From a virus (Duplodnaviria > Caudoviricetes), in the IMG/VR virus record IMGVR_UViG_3300035498_000877, positions 96,001 through 160,000 of that record: a stretch of 64,000 nt of DNA; one strand, given 5' to 3'. The position numbers were made by a program, and so were the translations under genes. Numbering within the stretch: the first letter of the stretch is position 1; each line of letters begins with the position of its first letter. The notes below the pieces were generated by a model that was not told the DNA's origin, searched no databases, and worked only from the letters and a program-made list of their open reading frames with translations. Positions 19,233 to 28,200 of this stretch are shown in pieces.

Positions 19233-20351
19233 TTAATTTATTGATGGATCAATTGTGCATTTACCAACTTTAATCCTATGAACATGTTTTGTTTCTTTAT
19301 ATGATTGAATAATATTTGTTTTTGATACTTTATATATGAATTTATTTCTAATAAAATCAAATGTTGATAATATATCTTCTTGAATTGGTCCCAATCTACT
19401 GATAGACGAATGATTACAACCACCTAATCCCATTACTATATTATTTTTAACAATATCGATATTACTATCCATTACTACTTTTGAATTTATAAAGAAATCT
19501 CTATAGCTTCCATTTTTTAGTAAATGATAAGGCTCTTCACCATAATCAATTATGTCTCCAATATTAAGTGATAGAGATGAATCTTTTTCTAAAGAATATT
19601 CATCAGTACTTAACACAATATCTTTTAATAATTCTCTAAACTTAATTGATTTTAGATAATATTTATCAACTCTAAAATTAGGAATGGAACATATTTCATC
19701 AGGTTTTAATTCATTAATGCATTTATTCATATCATCAACATAAATATCCCATCCCATATCATTATCATAATTAAATAATGCAACTATATCAATATTTGCA
19801 TATCTATCATTTTCATGGAAAATATCAATAGCTTTCTTCAATTTATCAATATCATAGGGTATTCTATTTTGTTGTTTATTTGATTTTAAATCAAATGACT
19901 GAATACCAATACTCAATCGCTTAATATCCATATCATTAATTAAAAATGATAAAAATTCATCGGTTAAATCAATAGGATGAACTTCGAATGATATATTAGT
20001 CGTATTATGATATCCAGGAATATTATTTATTATTTCAATCAAAGCATCTTTATTCCATAATGATGGAGTACCTCCACCAAAATAAATTTGATCCATTTTA
20101 ACAGGAAATACATCTTTCATATTCTGAACTAAAGATACTACACTATCTTCATATATTTTTATTTTATCTTTATATTCATAATATTTGTTACTGCCAAATG
20201 CACAGAATTTACATATTGATCTGCAAAATGGAAAATCTATATATAATTCAAATTTGGTATCATCAGTTATTGGATATTCATTGAAATATCGTTTCCAATA
20301 TTCTATAAATTCACCATCATTATGTAAATAATAAGGATAATCTTTATTCAT
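19233..20351 (-). CDS. HemN-like (class C-type) radical SAM protein
   Basis: LYIDFPFCRSICKFC, IYFGGGTPS, FEVHP, RLSIGIQSF. Confidence 0.88.
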   Translation of the reverse strand: MNKDYPYYLHNDGEFIEYWKRYFNEYPITDDTKFELYIDFPFCRSICKFCAFGSNKYYEYKDKIKIYEDSVVSLVQNMKDVFPVKMDQIYFGGGTPSLWNKDALIEIINNIPGYHNTTNISFEVHPIDLTDEFLSFLINDMDIKRLSIGIQSFDLKSNKQQNRIPYDIDKLKKAIDIFHENDRYANIDIVALFNYDNDMGWDIYVDDMNKCINELKPDEICSIPNFRVDKYYLKSIKFRELLKDIVLSTDEYSLEKDSSLSLNIGDIIDYGEEPYHLLKNGSYRDFFINSKVVMDSNIDIVKNNIVMGLGGCNHSSISRLGPIQEDILSTFDFIRNKFIYKVSKTNIIQSYKETKHVHRIKVGKCTIDPSIN

Positions 20352-20354
20352 AAT

Positions 20355-21164
20355 TTATTCCTTTCTTACCATATTTGCAAACTCTTTTGGATATGAGCAA
20401 TATTTTTGTAATCTACATGGTCTGCATCTATTTATCATAGAACATTCATAACATTCTTTCGGAACATAAATTTGTAAACCATGTGGGCATGAATTCTTTA
20501 ATGATCCATCTGGGTATAACGTGTATATATTAGTACAATCATAACACCAGTTATTTATTCTATCAGCAATTTCTAACTCAATATTTGATTGCCATTTATT
20601 ATATAAATTACATAGCCATTGATCAGCCGATTTATAATATGATGGATCATTTTCTTCACCAACATAATGTTCAAATTTAATACACTTAACTCCCTTAATA
20701 TTCCATGTATCAACAAGTGATATAAATTCATCTATATTCATATTAAATAAATCTTTAGTTAATGTAATCATTATAGTATGAGATATTCCATTATCTGATA
20801 TAATCTTTCGATTTTTCATCCAGATATCATATTCTTTATCATTAAATCTTTTAGAATTCCAAGATGTTGATATACCATCGAATGTTTTATATATTTCTAT
20901 TAATCTATCATTTAGAATAAGTAAATTGGTTGATATACCATTTATCTTACTGATGCCATTAATATTATTAGATTCAATTATTTCATATAATCTATCAAGA
21001 TGTGTTGTAGCTTCTCCTCCAAAGATTGTTATTTGTCCATCAAATTTATTTAATTCATATAGGAATTTATCTTTATCATAAAATTCATCTCTATCTTTAG
21101 CAAAACAATGTGGACAATTTAAATTGCAGTGCCACGTGGGCACTGCATATAAATGTTTGTACAT
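20355..21164 (-). CDS. Radical SAM protein with C-terminal Cys cluster (SPASM/twitch-like)
   Basis: CNLNCPHC, FGGE, STN; C-terminal CYDC...C...CYEC...C..C...C. Confidence 0.85.
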   Translation of the reverse strand: MYKHLYAVPTWHCNLNCPHCFAKDRDEFYDKDKFLYELNKFDGQITIFGGEATTHLDRLYEIIESNNINGISKINGISTNLLILNDRLIEIYKTFDGISTSWNSKRFNDKEYDIWMKNRKIISDNGISHTIMITLTKDLFNMNIDEFISLVDTWNIKGVKCIKFEHYVGEENDPSYYKSADQWLCNLYNKWQSNIELEIADRINNWCYDCTNIYTLYPDGSLKNSCPHGLQIYVPKECYECSMINRCRPCRLQKYCSYPKEFANMVRKE

Positions 21165-21165
21165 G

Positions 21166-22146
21166 TTAAATCTCCTTTACCCATCCATATTTAATTAGCT
21201 TTGGTTTTAATTTAAGCATTTCCTCACAATGTTCTGGTGGATAATGTTTTTTCTGTGATTGACATCCATTGCATAATGCAAACAATTCACATGATGCACA
21301 TTTTTCATTGACATGATATGCAACTGGTGGATATTGTGGCACTGGTATTAAATTATTATCATTCTTATAATCTTTCAATATCTCAGGTTGTTCTTCACAG
21401 CATCCATAATAATGAAGCTTATCATCTGTATCAACATAGCAGCATCTAATTGATGATTTACATAACATGTTGATATTCAAATTACATGCATTGAAATTAT
21501 ATTTACTTGTATATATTTCATAATCACCTAATCCAGCATCTAATATTTCCATGTATTTAATAAACATCTTATATCTTGGATATGTGACTGTACATCTACC
21601 TTGTTCTGTCGCATTATTTATTCTAACTTTAGTATTTAATCTTTTTGCCAATTCAACTGTTTTTATTACAGTATCTTCATTACTCTCATCTATTACAGCA
21701 ATAAATGGTAATGTTTTATCTGAATTTATTTTTTCTCGAAATAAATTGAATATTTCAATAAACTTATCTTCAGTAAATGGAGTATCTTTATCCCATCTTC
21801 TACTTTCTCCATAATTAAAAGATGTTGTTATTCCAACATTATCATCATTGAATAGGTCAACCCATTTATCTGGATGATAATAGAATTCTTTAAGATTAGT
21901 TGTGATTGACATTGTTCCTTTTGGTGATTGTTCATGCATAATATCCAACAATTCCCAATAATAATCTGGATCGACTAATAATGGCTCTCCTCCACTCACA
22001 ACAATAGAATTTGGTTTTATTGTTCTAATTACATCTTTTATTTGTTCTGGAACACCGTTTGTTGGATGTTTAATATATAATGATCCAGCGCTACAAAATG
22101 TGCAATCAAAATTACATAAACCAGTTACTCTGATGATTAAATCCAT
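21166..22146 (-). CDS. Radical SAM/SPASM-type maturase
   Basis: CNFDCTFC, SGGEPLL, TTN; C-terminal CASCELFALCNGC...HC. Confidence 0.88.
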   Translation of the reverse strand: MDLIIRVTGLCNFDCTFCSAGSLYIKHPTNGVPEQIKDVIRTIKPNSIVVSGGEPLLVDPDYYWELLDIMHEQSPKGTMSITTNLKEFYYHPDKWVDLFNDDNVGITTSFNYGESRRWDKDTPFTEDKFIEIFNLFREKINSDKTLPFIAVIDESNEDTVIKTVELAKRLNTKVRINNATEQGRCTVTYPRYKMFIKYMEILDAGLGDYEIYTSKYNFNACNLNINMLCKSSIRCCYVDTDDKLHYYGCCEEQPEILKDYKNDNNLIPVPQYPPVAYHVNEKCASCELFALCNGCQSQKKHYPPEHCEEMLKLKPKLIKYGWVKEI

Positions 22147-23259
22147 TTATTTAACCTCCGAATTATCAGATGTATTTATATCTTCTTCATATGGCTCGCC
22201 AACCTTGGCAATGGTCACAAATTCGTCATGATTAATTTCTTCATAACTTTTAGTGAGATCAGATATAGTAGTTCCAGTTTGATATGCATAAAATTCTGGT
22301 TGTAATATAATATTCAGTATATCAGCTGATTGATATAATTGCTTATTTCCCAATAAATCAATAATTTTATTTGATAATGATGACTCATTTGAAAAATAAA
22401 TATTGACTGGAATATATGGAATTTTTAGCATCTTAGCTATCAATATTGTAATCATTGTATCATCTTCTGGTGATGATAGAACTCCACCATTCAATCTCAT
22501 GAATAATGGGTTTTGAATTCCATTGGTTGCTATATCTATTATTTTAGCCTCAAATTCTTCTTGGGTATATGGTCCGAATGAGTATTCTTTGGTATCAATA
22601 TCTTGTGTATAAATTCCATATGGAAGTGGTTGTATTTTATATATTTCATATGGAATATTAGTACTCAAAATTGTTATTGGATCAATATATGAATCGAAGT
22701 ATTCATTATATACAAAATTAGAATTATTAAACATTGTATATTTCAATATATTTGGTAATGCAATATTGAAATTGCATGGAGTTACCTTCAATTTAGTATG
22801 ATCTAGAAAATGATCCTGTTTCTGATGGTATCCTACTATCTTACTTCGTAACATTTCATTGCGTAGATCAATTTTGAATAAACTATCAGCATCATATACA
22901 TTTACTAAAATATCTTTATTATTATTTTTTGCCCATGATAGATAATACATCAATGGAAGATATCTTTCATAATTTCCATAATATTCTGATATACCATAAC
23001 CATTAGTAATATCAGAAAAATCATAATCATTCATGTATACTGAATCAGCATCCAATAACTTATTATATTCATCAATATCATTTTTTACAAACCATGAATT
23101 TTCATCTTTGGATAATTGATCCATTTCATCAAGCGTAAGTGATATTATTTGACGTGATTTCAAATGTTGTGTTGTTTGATCTAATCGATCAATCATATAT
23201 AACTTTTTATCTAAATCAGGGGATTTATATGAATTGAGTTTCTCAGCAATTGTCTTCAT
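22147..23259 (-). CDS. Hypothetical protein of the radical-SAM operon (possible degenerate ParB/Srx-like segment)
   Basis: Tightly coupled ORF; IIDIATNGIQNPL is a weak ParB-like motif. Confidence 0.65.
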   Translation of the reverse strand: MKTIAEKLNSYKSPDLDKKLYMIDRLDQTTQHLKSRQIISLTLDEMDQLSKDENSWFVKNDIDEYNKLLDADSVYMNDYDFSDITNGYGISEYYGNYERYLPLMYYLSWAKNNNKDILVNVYDADSLFKIDLRNEMLRSKIVGYHQKQDHFLDHTKLKVTPCNFNIALPNILKYTMFNNSNFVYNEYFDSYIDPITILSTNIPYEIYKIQPLPYGIYTQDIDTKEYSFGPYTQEEFEAKIIDIATNGIQNPLFMRLNGGVLSSPEDDTMITILIAKMLKIPYIPVNIYFSNESSLSNKIIDLLGNKQLYQSADILNIILQPEFYAYQTGTTISDLTKSYEEINHDEFVTIAKVGEPYEEDINTSDNSEVK

Positions 23260-23980
23260 TTACTTGTACCTCACTTTCTTGACTCACAATTTTCACAAAT
23301 TCAGTTATAGCATCCTTCTGAACTTCTTGTGGTGCAAATAATAATGATAGAATATTATAGAATGGCAAATTCTCAATTATTCTATGCAAATAATACTGAT
23401 TATCTTTATCATTAAATAAACTGAAATATCCTGGCTCTTGGCCTTCTATTGATTTATCATATTCAGTCAATAATAATGAAAATGTATTATATCCTGCCAA
23501 GTAATATATATTAACTATTTTTATTTCATCATCCTCAATAAATGGAACATTACTCATATCAATATAATCACCATTCGTATTATATGTTTCCATTGAATAA
23601 TAAGGTAATGAATTTATAAGCCTTCTTACTTTATTAATGAAAGATTTATTATTATTAATGAATTTAATAATTTCATCTTTGGTTAATATACTATCAAGAT
23701 ATATATTATCATCTATATAAAATGTAAGTATATTTGTCCATGTATCTGAGAATATCTTAAAGCTGATCTCAATATCAGTAGATAAATATAGTTTAAGATA
23801 TTCTTCTTTATCTTCATATGAGCAATTATCAAAATTTAATTTTGGATTTGTTCCAATATTTCTTAAAAATGTTAATGCATATTTTTTCTTTTTTTCTTCA
23901 GGAACATCAAAATTCAAATTGCTCATATCGACTTCATCATCTATTGTCGGTACCTCATTAGGGATAATTACACATTTCAT
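23243..23980 (-). CDS. Hypothetical protein of the radical-SAM operon
   Basis: 245-aa ORF overlapping the downstream gene. Confidence 0.7.
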   Translation of the reverse strand: MKCVIIPNEVPTIDDEVDMSNLNFDVPEEKKKKYALTFLRNIGTNPKLNFDNCSYEDKEEYLKLYLSTDIEISFKIFSDTWTNILTFYIDDNIYLDSILTKDEIIKFINNNKSFINKVRRLINSLPYYSMETYNTNGDYIDMSNVPFIEDDEIKIVNIYYLAGYNTFSLLLTEYDKSIEGQEPGYFSLFNDKDNQYYLHRIIENLPFYNILSLLFAPQEVQKDAITEFVKIVSQESEVQVNEDNC

Positions 23981-24011
23981 ATTTTATACAACCTTCTTTT
24001 ATTTTTATTTA

Positions 24012-24620
24012 TTACTTATAGCAACCATTATTACTATGGCAATTATGATGGCAATCAGAATGACACACTGAATGGCATATTATTATTTCTTTACTTGCTT
24101 GATGGTAACCACTATTAGCCCAAGCTGTATTTAATGCTGTATACAGATCATTCATTTTGGAAATACTCATTATATCATTTGCTTTGATTTTCCCATTTGT
24201 ATATGAAGAATTTAATGTTTTTATATATGAATCCGCAAATAATGCTCGTCCACTAGCTGAAGTCATTGTACTATATGAATGTGATCCATTTCTTGAAGAA
24301 TGATATAATCTTGTATATCTCCATGTTCCAACTCTTGTCAACATATGTGTACATTCAACCAAAAATGAGAGCATTCTTGCAGCATCAGGTTTTCCTTCAT
24401 GTACACCACTACTCTCCAAATAATTTTGAATCTGTTTTCTAAATATTGTCACATTTCCAAGTGCTTCATCTATCTCTTTATATTCAGTAGAACCATATGT
24501 ATCTACTGGCAAATTTGTGCTATGGATTAATGATGATGTAGTAATAACATCATAAACATTTGTCCAAAAACCATTTATAACATCATTATGCACTATTTTT
24601 TCCTTTGTTGCTAATGCCAT
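24012..24620 (-). CDS. Protein with C-terminal (CHxx)4 Cys/His tail; candidate radical-SAM substrate
   Basis: Ends ICHSVCHSDCHHNCHSNNGCYK; first gene of the radical-SAM run; ATG at 24620 (track uses TTG 24629). Confidence 0.75.
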   Translation of the reverse strand: MALATKEKIVHNDVINGFWTNVYDVITTSSLIHSTNLPVDTYGSTEYKEIDEALGNVTIFRKQIQNYLESSGVHEGKPDAARMLSFLVECTHMLTRVGTWRYTRLYHSSRNGSHSYSTMTSASGRALFADSYIKTLNSSYTNGKIKANDIMSISKMNDLYTALNTAWANSGYHQASKEIIICHSVCHSDCHHNCHSNNGCYK

Positions 24621-24653
24621 AATTACCAAATCCTTTCATTTTTTTTATTTTAA

Positions 24654-24693
24654 AAAATACATAATAGGATTATATAATCCTATTATGTATTTT
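24654..24693. terminator. Perfect 40-bp palindrome (terminator/attenuator)
   Basis: aaaatacataataggattatataatcctattatgtatttt. Confidence 0.65.
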
Positions 24694-24706
24694 AATATAA
24701 TATTAA

Positions 24707-25216
24707 TCAACCCCAACCAGCTCTACATCTATACCATGTAGGTTGGCTATCACCTGACAGTTTGGCATATACTTTTATACAACATTCTTCGCTTGAACTC
24801 GTATCAATCCATATTTCACCTTTGTCTACAAGTGGTGCTGATGGAGCAGATGATGCTATTGTAACTCTTACACCGTTTACTCTAGCTGAGTTTCCACCAT
24901 TTGCGGTCATTGAAGTTGGATAATCGTTTAAATCATAAAAGCTACCTGTATTAGCCACTTTATGAAGACCAGTAATCATTGTATATGGATGGGTAGCAGG
25001 ATGTGGATTATTAAGTGCACCGGTTTCTATTCCAGCTAATTTAGTTTTTTCTGCATTTGTATAATCATTAATACTAAATCCAGCTTCTGTACCATTACCA
25101 AGTTTATGATTATTAGTGCCACCTGCACCAATATGGTTGGTTAGGTCAACAATATTTTTATTCCATTTAGCTCTTTCAGCTGCACTAATATGCTCTCTAA
25201 TATCTGAATTAGCCAT
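24707..25216 (-). CDS. Short tail-fibre-associated protein
   Basis: HISAAERAKWN and NDYTNAEKTKLAGIETGA fibre-shaft motifs; APSAP...GEIWIDT. Confidence 0.65.
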   Translation of the reverse strand: MANSDIREHISAAERAKWNKNIVDLTNHIGAGGTNNHKLGNGTEAGFSINDYTNAEKTKLAGIETGALNNPHPATHPYTMITGLHKVANTGSFYDLNDYPTSMTANGGNSARVNGVRVTIASSAPSAPLVDKGEIWIDTSSSEECCIKVYAKLSGDSQPTWYRCRAGWG

Positions 25217-25222
25217 AGTTTA

Positions 25223-28200
25223 TCATCCTTTCTTTTTCAAATTTCTTAATGGGCTTACTGATAGCATATTTCTGAATTTTTCAATAAATTTATCAGCTCC
25301 AGTTCCAGCAATCTGTATACCAACATCATATGCATTGCCTCTATCATATTGAGATAGAGTTAACCCATTACCTTCTATTTTATCAACTGCGTCAGAAGAT
25401 ACAGTTACAGTTGCGGTATATGAAGATGTATCAAGCATAAATGAACGCATATTTGCATCTCCCGATATTGAATCTGGTATAGTAATATCCTGATTGAATG
25501 ATGAGCATTTCCATAAGAAATGATCAAGACATTGCCGTCCAGATACTCCTGGATGTATTATAGTACTACCTTCAGTCTTCTTATCTGGAATTGTTAATGG
25601 TTTATTAAATGACGTACATCCATGCAAGAATTTCATCAAACATTTATCTCCAGTTACACCACTAGGTATTGTAAGATCTTGATTAAATGACGTACATCCA
25701 TCCAGAAATCCTTCCAAGCAACGTTCTCCAGTTACACCGCTAGGTATGGTAATTGCTTGGTTGTATGATGTGCATCCTTTTAAGAATCCTTCAAGACAGC
25801 GTGCACCAGTTACACCGCTAGGTATTGTCAATGACTGATTGAATGATGTACAGCCAGCCAAGAAGTTTCTAAGAGAACCTCCTCCAGATACAGAGTCTGG
25901 TATTCTGTCAATAGATGTTAAACTTGTAAAGTTTCTTGCAAAGTTAGCTAATGATGTAATACTATATGTTTCCGGATTATCAATTTCTTTTTCTTCATAT
26001 TCATCTGGATCACCTGGATTAACTTTGTCTTTCAGTTTTTTCTCTATAACCTTTGAGCTCCAGAATGATATTTTAGTTACCTGATTCTTAGTAAATGATG
26101 ATCCACCTGCTGTTATAGTAGTATTTGCTGGTAAATTATTACTTAAATTGTATATTTCTTCTTCATTAAAAATGGATACAGTATTATTGTTGCTAAGAGT
26201 CAATTTTAAAACTTCATATTTATGAGTTGAAGGAGCATAAAAGTTAATATTAAAGTCTTGCGTATAACTTTCTCCAGTATGCTTATAATATTTATGCTCA
26301 TCCTTAGAAACTTTGTTGTATGCAGAGCCATCCCATTTATAATATTTATTATTAACATTGGATGCCAGTATATTATTATATATTTTATTAGAATCTGGAG
26401 TTATTTCATCTTTATATGCCGAATTATCAGAATCATATGATGAATAAAATGTACCTTTATACAAATATCCATTCTCAACATCTTTATCAAATTTTCCAGT
26501 TGCATACCATGTGTATTCTTCTTTTGTTCCATTTGCAACAGTAGCTCGAATTTTACATGTTCCAGCTGCAGTTGCTGTCAATACTCCATTACTAATTGAA
26601 GCATTTGTTGATCCTTTATCAACTATTGACCATGATACATCTGAATAGCTAGGAATTTCAGTATCATATGTTTGAGTATCCCTAGCAACAACTGATAAAT
26701 TAGTTTCACATTCAGGGCCTAGTACCATTCTAACATTAGTTGGGAATGATGAAGGTATATTAATAATATCTGCTACTGGAATATATTCTGGAAGGAATGT
26801 TACAGTTCTAAATGTCTCATAATTAACATAACTAGTCTCTCCGGCATCATTTACTTGCTGAATTGCTGATGCTGATTGGGTGACTTCATAAAAATCTCCA
26901 TCTTCAAAATTATAGAAGTAATCATAAGAATCTTTACTTCCCTCAGGAGCTTTATAATCCCAATCATATTCAGAATCCATTGTAACATTATAAGTTTCTT
27001 TCCATGTTGCCGCATCTTGTGTATAAGGCAAAAATTGTAATCCCATTCCACCAGTGGCATTTAATAAACCATTATCTGGATCTCTATTATTATCATTTAT
27101 ATTCCTAGAATATGAAATTATTATACCACCATCACCAGTTGATGCATTCCATGGATCTTTCTCTGCCATAGATAATATTATTGGTCTCTTAGCTCTAATG
27201 ATAGAAGGATATTCCAACTTAACATTTTCAAGATTAATATGTGCCGATGGAGCATCAGGAAATATTAATACAATTTCTACCTTAAATTCAGCATCACTTT
27301 TATTTGCACCGCCACCTTTAACAGTTGCTTTCAATTCTACAGTTTTATCATCAAATGCTTCTATATAAAAACTATCCTGAGTATCATCTTCACTACTAGA
27401 GTTAACATAATCAGGATTTTCTTCCCACCATGTTACAGAATCAGCTGCGATTGAAAGTGTTTTAGTATTTTTATCAAATGTAACATTGGCAGGAGTAGGA
27501 TTAACTAATTCCCATTCAATTGTTTTGACAGATGCAGTAGATGGTGAAACTGTTGCACTAGCTAATGAAAGTGGCTCTGATACTTTATCCCATGTACTAG
27601 GAACACCTGATATACCCTCAGCAACAATAAATGCACCATTGACACTAATTGAAAATTCTTTAGTAAAATCTTCTCCTATTGCTTTACCATTTTTTACAGT
27701 AGCTGTAATTTTTGCTACACCACTTTTAGTAGCAGTAAATATTCCATCATCATACAAAATAGCATCAGTTGATCCTTTACTCGTAATAGCAGCTGTTACA
27801 TTTGTATATGATGGATAATTGGTAACTGATGTATCCCATGATGCCACAAATTTAAGTCTACAAAATTCTCCTGAATTATATGAACCATTATATCCAGTCA
27901 TAATAATATCATTTATTGGATAATATTTATTTATTACCTGTATATCAAATACTTCTACATAGTCATATATAATTTTCGTATATGTATTTTTCTCTGCTGA
28001 ATACATGTATCTATCAGATGATGTGGCATCAATATAAATCTTATACTCTTCACCAGCAATTTCTGTTGTATAACTAGCATCTCTATAAAATTTATTACTG
28101 CTAGATACAAAGTACCCATTAACAGTCTCATATGCAGATCCCTCATTAGGTCTTAAACCATTCTTGATGGTTGCTTGTACTCTTAAATATCCAATATTGC

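Noticed and set aside
19233-20351. Calling the HemN-like gene a true heme biosynthesis enzyme
   Set aside because: No other tetrapyrrole genes are present, it lacks the usual C-terminal HemN region, and the context points to a tailoring role.
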